Notes: generated from the letters alone by a model not told the origin. 64,000 nucleotides of DNA from Octopus bimaculoides (GCF_001194135.2 NC_068984.1:55339972-55403971), one strand, 5' to 3'. Positions 12,570 through 25,461 are shown, counted from the stretch's first letter. Made by a program: numbers and translations.

Positions 12570-15553
12570 CACACCCATAATCACTTACAAAGGTATCAAT
12601 ATAGCCGACAGAAAGGCCTTTGATCGGAACATTGGATGTTCTGAAGAGAGCTGAACCACTTTATTGGAACCAGATTAATTGCTGTGTTCTCAGAATCAGC
12701 TTGACTCGGGGTGGCAGCACCTGGTAGGGTCCTAGCATGGGCAAATAGTGAACCAGACGGTGGAAGGTCACTCATCGAGACCTCCAACTGCATAAACAAG
12801 CGAAGGCATACGGTGACCCCTCTGCCAGTCAGTCTGACTGAGGAAAGTGAGGCCCCAAAGATTGAGACCTACAACATCAGAAGCGAATCCAAAGGTAAGA
12901 CATTCTCGGCCTATCGATGTGCCTCCTTGTCCGAGTCAGTATGTCACACTATATGTGCTGCAGAAAACAAGGCCCTGGAGCAATTATGTGTAGGTTTCAG
13001 CCCGGCAAGCCGTCGTTCGCCTTGAACAAATTAACGCCAACGGGTCATTTATGTCCCCACACTTCTGCTTCTTTTTTACTTCCTACATTTTACAAAACTC
13101 CAAAGGCGATGGGATAAGGATGTCGGTAGCAGGCTGTTTAGCTGGAGCTGTGTGATATCCGGACTTGCACTTTGGCGACAGGTGTGTGATGGTTACATTC
13201 CTGTGACCTGCGACTACACAGGAATCTGGTCTTGCACCTGTGACTGGGCGGTCATTTTTAAGTGTACTGACACCCACTCCAAATTGGGAAGAACCTAGAA
13301 AATATGGGCTAAACATCGGTAGTCACATTATAATTCTTGTTTGATGAATTACACCGAAACCGGAGGCTCATAAATGCAGTCGCAACATAAGAAATCCAGA
13401 AACAAAACCGACCCAGATCACTTGTTGTTCCTGGAATGTACGAACTCTCTTGGACTGGAGAGATACGGAACGCTCTGAATGAAGAACAGCACTCGTTTCA
13501 AGGGAACTTACCAAATTCAAAGTTGACATTGTCGTTTTAACTGAGACCCGTTTACTGGGTGAAAAAACGGGACCTGGCTACACCTTCTTTTAGAAGAGCC
13601 GAAACCATGAAGTTTCGGGCGACTATGGTGTTGGCATCTATGCAGGTACCAAGGAGATATCTGTTCCAGTCCAGTCCTCAGCAGGGGCCCTCTCTGTCAG
13701 CAGACAACAACCACTTGACGGTGAGTAATGATATCATTAAATAGTGAGAGGAATATTTTAATGTCCTGCTCAATAGAAACTCCTTCACTGCTGATAGTTT
13801 TCTAAGAAATGTGCCATGATAGCACCACCCTTACTGAAACCCCTTTGCTATGAATTTTGTGTCGCCTTGAGGCAACGACACGATGGAAAGGCTACAGGCA
13901 CAGACAAAATTCCGGCAGAGTTCCTACTATATGGTTGACTACGCCTAAAGATTTGTTCCACGCTTTGATCCTCCGAACGTAGGAAGTCAAACACGTTCCA
14001 AATGAGTTTAAAGATGCACTGTCATAACATTTAAGAAAGAGGATCGCAACACGTGTGGACATTATCGTGGCAAACCATTACATGGAAAAGGATTTCCTAA
14101 ATAATCCGGAACAGATGATATAACTTTGTAGAGAACATCCTGCCAGAAACTCATTTTAGTTTCCGCTTCGCAGGGAAAACAATTGATATGATCTGTGCCT
14201 ATCAACTACAGCAGAAAGCCAGAGAACAACAAAGACCTCTCCTTCTCGTTTTCTATGACCTTGGAGACGCCTACGACAGTGTCCCTAGAGCTGGAACGTA
14301 AGCTGTCGGCGTACCAGAACCCTTTGTTGCAATGATTAGAGCATTGTAAGAAGGAACGAAAGCACGTTGTGGTTCTCCAGTCTAACACCTCGTAAAAATT
14401 CCATATCATGTGTGGTCTGAAAAAGGGCTCCGTCATCTCACTCCTACTCTTCTAACGTTGCACTGCTGCTTTGCTTCATGAAATTCCCTAAAACAATCCA
14501 GACGTAGAAATGAAGTATACCGTTTGGTGCAGGCTTTTTTAATCTGTCAATACTCTGCTCCCAGTGTCACACTAGCATCATCAAAGTAAATGAAATGAAG
14601 TAGGAAAATGACAACGCTCCCCCCTGCCCACTTATCTGGGGATTTACATCAGCCTGTGAACAATTTCTTTATGCCATATTTCTAGTTTGGCCCAACAGTT
14701 AACAAAGGCAAAACTAAAATCATCTTACAACCACAACTTGGATGTGACCCACCAAATGTCAACATCAAATTTAGTGGAACATCCATTGAATCTGGTGAAA
14801 ATTTCCATTTTCTTGATAGTTTCCTCTGAGTTCAATGTATACCATCAAAGGATGAAAAAAACCAGAATCCTGGCAGTGCTACACACAACCTTTGGGAAGC
14901 TCTCTAGTAGAATCTTTGCGAGAAGTAGTCTTACCATGCAAACCAAAATGATGATGTATAATGCTATAGTAGTGTCTATCCTGCTGTGTGGCAATGAGAT
15001 GTGGATCCTCCACCGTCATGACCTGAAAAATTTTGAATAATCACATCTAAAGAAATTCCGGTGTGTCATGAACATCGAATGGGAAGATTCTTTTACCAAA
15101 GAGAGCAGGATAAATTAGCATGGAGGTTACAATCATCAAGCACGGCCTCAGATGAGCAGGTCATGTGGATCGCAAATATATTCGTATTTGAGGAACTAAA
15201 CAATGGACGATGCCCTTGTGGATGTCCCCTATGACGCCACAAGGACTAATTGGAAGAAAGTTTAAAGAGTTCTGGTATAATGACAGCCAACGTACACACT
15301 ATTTGGCGTAATTTGACCGAGGCAGGAGTATCTCGCTTTGAAAAAAACGACAGAAGAACTGATATCGGAATGAAACGACAACAGTAGATAACAGCAGAGT
15401 AGACACAGGAAAGATACAATGTAGGAAAGACAGAGTAACACACACCCAACCAGCATCTACAATCCCAAGCAATTCTTCAAAGACGGTTTTAGCACAAATG
15501 AACCCATCATCACTCTTAACTGAAATGTGCTAAATACACGGAAGCCGGCCGAC
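12570..15553 (+). mobile_element. Degraded RTE-clade LINE with GC-richer putative 5' UTR, APE N-terminus, internal deletion and RT
   Basis: WNVRTLLD...RTALVSRELTKFKVDIVVLTETRL at about 13430-13560. RT motifs ATGTDKIPAEFLLYG, ENILPETHFSFR, REQQRPLLLVFYDLGDAYDSVPR and TKMMMYNAIVVSILLCGNEMW. 3' end GAAGCCGGCCGAC. The 5' boundary is uncertain. Confidence 0.85.
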
Positions 15554-15646
15554 AATATATTTAGGTGTAATACAAACACAGGCACACTAAAACTCACAGG
15601 CACATACATGTACATAATAGTAATAACAAAAGTTGAAATAAATAAA

Positions 15647-15693
<47 letters not shown>

Positions 15694-15707
15694 TGATGAT
15701 GATGATG

Positions 15708-15777
<70 letters not shown>
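15647..15777 (+). repeat. (AAT)n(GAT)n(AAT)n
   Basis: Direct reading. Confidence 0.95.
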
Positions 15778-15779
<2 letters not shown>

Positions 15780-16348
15780 GCCCTGATGCAGTACTAGGCA
15801 ATGACTCTCATGGCTCCTGATCTCAGCTGATTGGAAGTGTTATCATGTACATAGTTATCATGTACATAGTTTTTTGCCTTGGTATAAAAGACGTGCCACA
15901 CCAAATGTTCTGCTCAATACTAGTTTTGCTTGTCAGTTGCTTGACCTTAACCAGTTGAGCAAGTCTGGTAGTGCCTGACGTTACGTGCATCTCTGATCAC
16001 GAGCAGAAGTAGTGGGGGAGCATTATAGCCATGTGTTGAGAGGAAATCTTTGGGGTTTGGATAATTCACCTTTGGAAACATGGGTGTTTTATTCAACATC
16101 CTTAAACATCCCTCATTCAGGGACCTTTTGAGCGTGATGGGCTTCTCAACCTGAAGAAGATTCTAACTGGATCCCACCTGCAAGGCAATGCACTGTTTAT
16201 CTTGATATGAGATCACTATATCACGCACATATCGTTGTGATGCATGTGCCTGGTGTATCCTTATCAGATGGGTAGTCATGATGGCTATATTGGGCTTCGT
16301 ATATTTTACACCAGTGTTACTTTGATGGCATGCACTGCTCTTTCACTC
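15778..16348. mobile_element. Non-coding interspersed element (about 570 bp) inside (AAT)n, copy 1
   Basis: Colinear over its full length with 44608-45158, with the same ends (ATGCCC...CACTC). Flanked by AAT runs on both sides. No TIRs or TE protein motifs seen. Confidence 0.85.
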
Positions 16349-16367
16349 AATAATAATAATAATAATA

Positions 16368-16430
<63 letters not shown>
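16349..16430 (+). repeat. (AAT)n
   Basis: Direct reading. Confidence 0.95.
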
Positions 16431-16431
<1 letters not shown>

Positions 16432-16432
16432 T

Positions 16433-18964
16433 ATTGAAGGCGCGGTTATATATGCTCTCAAAAGACATTTCTGTTTTAGATCGAAAAAAGAAGAGGGAGC
16501 ATAAAAGCGAACAAAGGCACTGAACAGGAAGTATGATATTGAAAGAAAGGTCCTGAAAGTGGTAATGGAGGAACTGAAACAGGGCTTCGTTGCAAAGAAA
16601 GGAAAGGTGGTAAGTTACAACCAAAGAATGAAGGGATACTAGCAGAATAGGTTATTCAGAGTAAATCAGAAGAGATTCTACAAAGAAATAAATGGACAGT
16701 GTACAGAAATAAGTTGAAACCAGATAACGTTGGTTTGGGAGTGACATCTGGAGAAAAGAAAAGGAGCACAAGAAGGATGCTAAATGGTTACAAGAACTGA
16801 AACAAACAGTAGTCTGTCCAAAACAGGCCGAACTAACCATTTCAGTAAGGGAAGTGAAGGAAATCAGCAAAAAATGGGCAACTGGAAGGCACGAATAGCT
16901 GCACAACTCAACGCCTTATTAAATGCCGACCAACTGGTTTGACATTTGATAGGACAGGGCTGTGCTTGAAAAACATCGAAAAAGGCAATACGGCAGACAA
17001 TTATAGGCCGATATCCTGTTTATGTGGAAATTATTGACTGGAATAGTCGCAGAGTCAATGTACAGACATCTGGAAAAAAAGTGGAGCTCTGCCACATGAG
17101 CAAGAGGGTTGCAAGCGTAAGTGCAGAGGTACCAAATATCAACTCTTAGTAAATAAAACTGTACTTAGAGACTGCAAGAGCAGGAAAACTAACTTAGCCA
17201 TGTCATGGATCGATTATCGTAAAGCGTACGATATGATACCACATTCTTGGATTATGGGATGTATGAACCTATTTCGTATTGCATCGAATGTTGAGCGATT
17301 GCTTGGAAAAAGTATGGCGATGTAGAGGACGGGACTGACAGCATGTGGAAGAAGTTTAAGGACAATAGAAATCAGGAAAGGTATCTTCCTAGGGGATTGC
17401 CTGTCTCCACAGATCTTTGTACTGTGCATGATACCACAAACACCGATTCTGAAGAAAGCAAAGGCTGGGTATGTATTCAAGTGTCGCCAACAAAAAGTCA
17501 ACCACTTGTTATTCAGGATGACCTCAAACTTTATGGTAAAGATGAATCCCAAGTCAGTTCCTTCGTTGATACGGTGTATACCTTCTGTGCTGATATTAGA
17601 CTAGAGTTAGGACCGAAAAAGTGTCTTGTGTTTGTCTTGAAGAGAGATAAATCAAATTTATGGCCGGGCTAGCGATACCGCCAGAGGAGGTTATGAAGCA
17701 GATAGAAGAGACGGGCTGTAAGTACTTGTGGATATTAGAAATGGATAAATTGATGGAGAAAGAAATGACAGAAAAAATTTAGGTGGAGTACTTGCGCAGA
17801 CTGAGGTTGATTCGTAAGTCGAAATTAAACGGACAGAATAAGATTGAAGCTATCAACACTTCGGCGGTTTCACTCCTTAGATATGGAGCAGAGGTAATCC
17901 CATGCACAGTAGACCAACTAAACAGCTTAGTCAAAAAGAGACACTGACAGTCTGTGTGTCCCAAGAAAAAGAGGGGGAAGAGGACTGGTTGGATACGAAC
18001 ACAGCATTAATGTAGAAGAAAACAACATAGCACGGTATGTAAAATATGCCACATAACCGCTATTATTGGAAGTAAGGGTCAGGATTGTGTAGGATGGAAG
18101 ATTGCATAGATACAGTACTGTACAAGCAAATGAGAATTAATGAAACCCAAAATATGTGGATGAAGAAATGCATGGGCAATTTCATAGGGAGGTTGAAGAT
18201 AAAACTGACAGAGAAAAAAGATGGCTATGCGTGACTAAAAGTGATTTAAAACGGAGGACCTAATCTGTGCAGCTCAATAGCAAGCATTAAGAGCCAATTA
18301 CATAAAATATAGAATTAACAACACATCAGAAAGTGATAAGTGCAGAATTTATGCGCTAAAGGATGAAACCGTATGGCATATTACAAGTCAATGTACACCA
18401 CTATATAAGAGATGTCATTACAATATAGCAAGGATTGCCTATTGGACACTTTGCAACAAGTATGGACTTCATAGAGCAAAAAAGTTGTACGAACATAAAC
18501 ACGAAGTTATCATCGAAAATGATAACGCAAAGAGCCTATGGGATTTTATGATTCAGTGCGACCAGGTGATAGAGACTAGGAAACCAGGCATAGTGTTCAT
18601 TGAGAAAGAAACAAACGATGCTGATCATAGATATAGCATACCCGGCTGACAACAAGGTATGCTACAAGGGAGAAAAAAGTCGATAGCTATAACAGGTTAG
18701 CTTGAGAGGTTAAGCAATTGTTGTCACTGAAAAAAGTGATAGTAGTACCAATAATTATCGGTGCCCTGGGAACAATGAGTAAGTATATGGAACAAATAGG
18801 ACTGCAACAAGGGTGGAGCACTTGCAGAAAACAGCATTCCTTTGAACCTCTCGACTACTCCGAATGGTGCTCGAAAAATATGTGGTGTTATCTTAGTTTA
18901 GTGGTAGTGAACAGCTGATACAATAGTACATCTTCAGCGTTAGAAGCTGAGCAAAGAAAATGAA
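16433..18964 (+). mobile_element. 5'-truncated R4/Dong-clade (RLE) LINE: RT, CCHC knuckle and restriction-like endonuclease; pseudogenised
   Basis: [43 protein letters not shown] and DDLKLYGKD. Knuckle KCRI...ETVWHITSQC. RLE region LWDFMIQCDQVIETRKPGIV and VVPIIIGALG. Ends in (AAT)n. Confidence 0.9.
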
Positions 18965-18968
18965 ATAA

Positions 18969-19054
<86 letters not shown>
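18965..19054 (+). repeat. (AAT)n
   Basis: Direct reading. Confidence 0.95.
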
Positions 19055-19055
19055 T

Positions 19056-19397
19056 ATTACAGGATAGTAAAGAGAGAGAAAGAAAAGCAAAAAAAGTATA
19101 ATTCCTTAAAATTTGAAATAGGAAAAATGTGAAGTATCAAATCTGTAAAGGTCGTGCTTATAATAATTGGTGCGTTGGGAAAAGTAAGCAAAGATATTGA
19201 CAACTGACTGAAGGAGATTGGAAAATGCCCTGTAGAGCTCCTACGGAAAGCTTTTCATTTAGGGACAGCAAGGATTATTATGAGGGTTCTAAGCAATTGA
19301 AAGACTACTGAAAACTTGTTGATACCTAAGGTTCCCGGTAGTACCCCGCTATCCACATAAATCCTACCAGGAATAAGACCTAACCTGAGACAAACCA
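19056..19397 (+). mobile_element. 3' fragment of a second R4/Dong-like LINE
   Basis: VKVVLIIIGALGKVSK...LGTARIIMRVL, then a distinct 3' UTR and an (AAT)/(GAT)n tail. Confidence 0.8.
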
Positions 19398-19398
19398 A

Positions 19399-19484
<86 letters not shown>

Positions 19485-19513
19485 AATGATGATGATGATG
19501 ATGATGATAATAA
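19398..19513 (+). repeat. (AAT)n/(GAT)n
   Basis: Direct reading. Confidence 0.95.
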
Positions 19514-19604
19514 TTCTTTACTTCTATTGGCCCAAGGCCTGAAACTTTAGAGACTCAGATGGAATTTATTTTATTAACCTCAAAAAAAGATGAAAAGCAA
19601 GGTT
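19514..19604 (-). mobile_element. SINE family A, 3' fragment
   Basis: GGCCCAAGGCCTGAAA and TTATTTTATTAACCTC...GATGAAAAGCAAGGT match the reverse-complemented SINE 3' half. Confidence 0.6.
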
Positions 19605-20302
19605 GTGCAACAAAAATATCGTGGGTTTTGTCAACAAATTAATAAGTTAATCAATGCCAACTAACTTAATTACAATGTTGCAAGAAAGCTATCCGATAAA
19701 ATATTGCATCATATTCCGTATAGACATGAGCATATTAATTCTAAGTCATTCTTTAATACTTTACGTATTACAATATTCAAATTCAATAAAATAATTTTAT
19801 GTTAATTATTCATTATGATGTTATGAATCGGAGCTTATTAAACCGTACAGTCAGATAAGTTACTACGTTGAAAATGTATTCGCTATAGTGCATAAATAAT
19901 TCAAGATGATGACAGAGAATAGTAGCATTTCGCTTTAGAAGTATCAGTATCTTATTTAAACTTCTAAGGGGTGGGTGCCACAACAATAAGACACAGAACT
20001 CATCATCGAATATTTACACCTGCTGCAATTCCCTAACATAACCCAACTCCTTTTTACTTTTTTTATTGGTATAACTCCTCCGCTTCATACGGATGGCAGT
20101 AGGACTGGATATGTAATACCAATGCCTTCCGAAAAATACGTCAGCATCTGTTTTAGTACAAGGATTATTATTGTAAACTTAAACTCATTAAGTAATTACA
20201 AGCATTAAATAGGATGAGAAACCACTATAAAGATAAAAATATATTTAATGTAAAACCGATATATTACATAAGCATTGACGCAGTAAATAATGAAACGCTT
20301 TT

Positions 20303-21410
20303 ACTATATATATATATACTACATATGTGGGGAATTCTCTTTGTGTGTGTTTTTGTGGAATTGTTAGCTAACTCCTCCTACATCGTTTTATTGATTTTGA
20401 TGAAACTTGACACGTGAGTAGAACTCATGTCTGGTGACCTCAAGGCATACTCAGATTCTAGAAAAATCGATAATGGAACACCTCGAAGGGATCCTTGTAT
20501 ATATCTAATACATTTTATTTTAAAAAACCAAGGGAAATAACTAATTCATTTTCCTAAATCATTTGACAAAAAGGAAATTGAGCATGCTTATTTCTTAGAA
20601 CTGTTAGAGTTATTTTCGCAATTTATCCACTACAATCCTTAAACTAGTAAATAGTATTTTCCTAAACAATAGATCCACTTATTTCGGTTAGTGATTTATT
20701 CACGAATATATCAACACTAGTGCCACTGAGGGTAATATTCCTTGGGAACGCACAAAATCTCTTTTCAGAGATATTTATTTGGAGTTGTTATTATCTCATA
20801 TCTGATTAGCCTGTTATTACGTAACATGCTTCACGATTTTAGTATAGATACCTTATTAGTATTTTTTCCTATGTTCTATATACTGTGCAAGTAAATAGCA
20901 TTTTCCTAAACAATAGATCTACATATTTCGGTTAGTGATTTATTCACGAATATATCAACATTAGTGCCACTGAGGGTAATATTCTCTGGGAACGCACAAA
21001 AGCTCTTTTCAGAGATATTTGTTTCGAGTTGTTATTATCTCATATCTGATTAGCCTGTTATTACGTAACATGCTTCACGATTTTAGTATAGATACCTTAT
21101 TAGTATTTTCTTCTGTGTTGTATATACTGTGGTAAAGCATTAAAGCCCTTTTCGGGGCTACTTTATTTTAATTCTTACTATCGGGTAACTAATTTCCTGT
21201 TATTATATAAATGATTTCACAACTTCATAACTTGTTGGGAATTCCTAAAAACAAAATTCTGTGTAAGACAGGTATTCTCTGTAAATGCACAAAAACCGCT
21301 TTAAGGGCTACATACTTTGTATTGTTGTTATTGGATTAACGAAACAATAATGAGAACGGAACCAAAGGATAAGCCCCGCTTTCCCGGGAATTTTCGGGTA
21401 CGTCAGTTAG
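20303..21410 (+). mobile_element. Non-autonomous Helitron with an internal 244-bp tandem duplication
   Basis: 5' CTATATATATAT start. 3' hairpin CCCGGGAATTTTCGGG (21383-21398) is followed 8 nt later by TTAG|T, a degenerate CTAG|T Helitron terminus. Confidence 0.65.
20647..21131 (+). repeat. Tandem duplication, 2 x about 244 bp
   Basis: Units start at 20647 and 20891 (GTAAATAG.ATTTTCCTAAACAATAGATC) and are highly similar. Confidence 0.95.
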
Positions 21411-21907
21411 TACATCTCGAACCCACAAGAGTAAACAAGAGAGACAGAGACAGGCAGAAACAAGGAAAATATCCTTTGTATTTGAATACTATGCAAATAT
21501 TCTTTTAAAAAAATTTTCATCAAATTTTTCTAAAACTTAATTGTTTTCCATGTTTACAGTTGGAAAAGTCTCAATGACCGAAACCGGTAGTGAAATGTTT
21601 TTGATAAAATTATTTTAGCATTTTCTACCTTGAAACTTTTCCATATATACATATTTACTAATACACAAATTATACAAACAAATTTAGTCTTAGGCTATTC
21701 CTGTCCAAATTTTTTATACTGAGTTAAAATCGGGTTCTTCAGTTTGTATAAAATATTGAAAGTTTATCCGCAAAATCCAATTAAACTAAATAACTATAGA
21801 AATTTGATAAATATTTTCTGCAATGCATCTTTAGGCAAACCATGATTTAACGGAAAGCAAAATTATCTCTGATGATTGTTGATGTATATTTTTCTGTAAA
21901 TATATTA

Positions 21908-22116
21908 GTTTCAGATTTTGGCACAAGACGAGCAATTACAGGAGAGGCGAGAAATTCGATTACATCGATCCTAGTGCTGAAGTGGTACTTATTTTATTGA
22001 CCGAAGGCAAAAGTAATGTCGAACTCGGCTGAATTTGAACTCAGAACGTAAAAACGGACGAAATGCCGCTAAGCATTTTGTCCGGACCTTTAAGAATTTT
22101 GCCAACTCGTAGCCTT
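21908..22116 (-). mobile_element. SINE family A
   Basis: Full-length match to the family. Confidence 0.9.
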
Positions 22117-22143
22117 TTTACTTTGTAAATATATTAAATAAAC

Positions 22144-22343
22144 GTCTCAAGGCAGAATCATTAACATGCTGTCCAAAATGCATAGCGGCATGTCACCCAT
22201 CTTTACCTTCTCAGCACAAATTCTGCCGAGGTCCGATTTCATCCGTTCAGGTTGTTATTGTAGGTACCAATTGAGCACTGACGTCGATGTAACCATCTTA
22301 CACCTTCCCCCAAATTGCTGGTTATAGTGCGGAAATTTGAAAC
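22144..22343 (+). mobile_element. SINE family A
   Basis: GGCAGAATC...CAAATTCTGCCGAGGTC...CCCCCAAATTGCTGG...AAATTTGAAAC. Confidence 0.85.
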
Positions 22344-24605
22344 TGATATTAAATATTTGTTTTATTCATGATACTCAGGGACATAAATTTACTCAATGCG
22401 ATACTCATCTAAATAGACACGATATTATCATCGATACGATAGTCTAATTTATAAATGTATGAAGTGAAATAAAGTACACAAACAAAGGATATATCTTGTT
22501 TTGAGTATCATTACAAAATTTATCTTGTAAACTGTTTTTTTAAACGTAAATTTGGGTTTCTTTCTAATGCGAAGTGAGAATAAATTATATAATTGATAGG
22601 ATGAAATTAATCAACACCAGACTATGGATTAACAGGTAACAACACCCGGAGACTGAAGATTCTTATTAGCTAATCATGTGTACCGGAATGACCAGCAAAA
22701 AAAAAGTGTGAATTATTTACACCATAAAATATAGCGAACAAGGAATGCAACTGCTCGTAAATTATAATTCAAGTATCCCCTTGATGTTTTTGTAATATCT
22801 TAACACACTTTTTCTAGGAATAATCATAAAACAAAACTGGATATAATGATATGGCGGTAAATATAACCGTAGTGTCTGCTTAAAAACACGCATAATTTTA
22901 TATAAACTCTATTGTAGGAAGGTTCACATTTATTGAGTGAATTGGTTTAATCGATATAACTTATGGTCTAGTTTTACCGAAGTCGTTTATGAGATTATAA
23001 ATTACTTTAAAATAAGATAAAGAATAATGATAAAAAGATGTTGAAACGAATTAGATAAATCTTGCAGTTTCGTGTTAAGCTCATGTGGATTCAACTCTTC
23101 TGTCCAGGCATAATTCGAATTTCAGAATCAATTTATTTTACTTTGTGACGGGAGAAAACCTCAAATTTCTGCCTTTTGGTAGAAAATATGCACTGTTTAC
23201 GATATCATTAATATTTCTGAAGATGGTGGAGACGGCGGAGACAACTGATGACTAGAGCAGTATTTAGTTTCAGTCCTTGTTAAGTTATTGCTTAATTCTG
23301 ATCAAATTCAACCTTTGCTTTAACGTTCATATATGGCTCAATATATTTAATGCCAGCAACTTAGCTGGCCCATCTAATTTATTATAGCTTTCTGATACAA
23401 AAGATGGTACACACTAGTAAAGAGTATGATGTAGTTTAACTTGACAGTACCCCCTCTCCCGCCATTAGAATTTGCTTACACTCACAAAAGGGAAAGTGAC
23501 TGATATTTTTGGCATACACACTCTTTAATATGCTGCATACTTCTATAACGCTTTTAGAATTATTAAATATATTAAAACTAACACTTGTTAACTTATACCA
23601 TTGCATATTATTCTTCTTGTTATCGTATGCATTATGAATTTATTTTAACTAACATGCATCTAAATTATATTTTATAATTGTTTACTGCACCCGAATGCAT
23701 TTGGAATTACATGTGTGAAACAATCTCTGCTTTACAGTTAATCTATGATTAAGAGAGAAGTATACAAATGACAGTAATTTATTAATTACCATATTAAATC
23801 ATAGGAAAATGTAATAACTGAAATGCATACAACTTAATTGCCTTTAATTTGTCCTATTTTAAAAAGATAATTTTCATCAAATATATCCAATTAGCAGAAA
23901 TTTATCAGACATGTTTAACTACTTTTTACCCCAATTTAGCAAGACACTGCGGAATTTAATAAAAGCTTTATGTGTGCCTTCAATATATGTCTGTAGATTG
24001 AACTTGAATTGAACCGCAAAGACATTCGGAGGCAAAGAAATAAGATTTGTGGTTATATCTTCTATATCCGAGAAAACAATCCACCCACATTTTATTACAT
24101 GGTAGAGTGATATAGAAGACGTAAGCTAGATTTTAAAATATCAGCAGATTTACTTCCTTTTAATTCCATTCAGCCTTCTAAAGATATATATTTGAAATTT
24201 AATAAATAACTACGTTTTTCCGTTCTGAACTAATATATATTCTGAAATTTGAAGTTGTATTTGATGGTTTAACATCTTGTTTTATATTATCTTATGAAAT
24301 GAAATTTAGAAAATAATCAAAGTATGTTTTACAGTTGCTAAATTCTTATAACGTTAGAAACATTTAAGAATAAACGTAATTGAAACATACACGTCAAGTA
24401 TTATCTATATTATCCAATATATTATTTCAATAAAATATCATCTAAGGCAAAATATTTCTATGGTATCAATATATTAATAGACATTATGAATTTTGTATGT
24501 TTTAGTTAAAACACTTTTTGCATTTACGGGATAAATAATAACTTGCTGCAGCGTTGACTTCTTCATAATATAAAACCAGCTATGGATAAAGAATATAGTC
24601 TCAGT

Positions 24606-24705
24606 TCTCAATCAAAACTCGAATTTTCCAAGACTTTCTTTTAGCTGTATTATGTCTCAATCAATCTCGAATTTTCCAAGACTTTCTTTTAGCTGTATTA
24701 TGTCT
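24606..24705 (+). repeat. Tandem duplication, 2 x about 49 bp
   Basis: CTCGAATTTTCCAAGACTTTCTTTTAGCTGTATTATGTCT occurs twice. Confidence 0.95.
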
Positions 24706-25461
24706 ATCATTAATTATTAATTATACTTTCCCCAGAAAATAATCTTTATCGTAGATTAATTTTCTAGTAAATCTATCTGTTAAATCTCAGTACACTGTAT
24801 TTTAACGTCATAACTATTATTCCATACCACCTTATAATCGATGATGAAATGATTATTGTTACGATATATAATGTAATATCGATCGGTAAAAACACATCAT
24901 ATACTTTTATATTCAAGTGTTTTAATTTTATTACGTATAAATGTAAAAAAAAAAAAACATTAATCCTTAGTGTGAAAAATAATAAGTGGCAACAGATTTC
25001 AGTAAGTAGATATGTAGATATTGCGAGCTATAAGCAGCGTGATTGTGAAAATATAAACCTGAAAATAGGTATCTCAGACACCAGTGTCACTTTGATTTCA
25101 AATAACCAATAAGTTAGCTCATACTCATAGGCAAATATCACCAAAATCAATAATAGGCCAGCTTTCGATTTACAACCACCATGAGACTATACGGTTATTG
25201 ACAAACCTTATTATCTTATACGTTAGTTTTAATCTTTCAGTTCATGCTTTATTTTACCATTTGGCGAAAACTTGCGTCCTGGAAACAGGTGGAATAATAT
25301 TCAAATAGCTTACATTTATATCTACAAAGCTAAATCTCTTATACAACTTCATTATTCCTGGAGAGCCAGACTTTTCAAACTGTTTGTATTAAACTGTGGT
25401 TCGATTAGATTATTAAGCTACTTTGCTAAACTTTAAAAATAGATGTTTAATTTGTATACAA

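Noticed and set aside
16060-16130. Hammerhead- or HDV-like folds in the 570-bp element
   Set aside because: The best minus-strand fit has a non-canonical core and no stem II closing pair. No HDV P1/P1.1 arrangement could be built.
23214-23260. CTGAAGA / CTGATGA hammerhead half-cores
   Set aside because: No downstream GAAA with a proper stem II.
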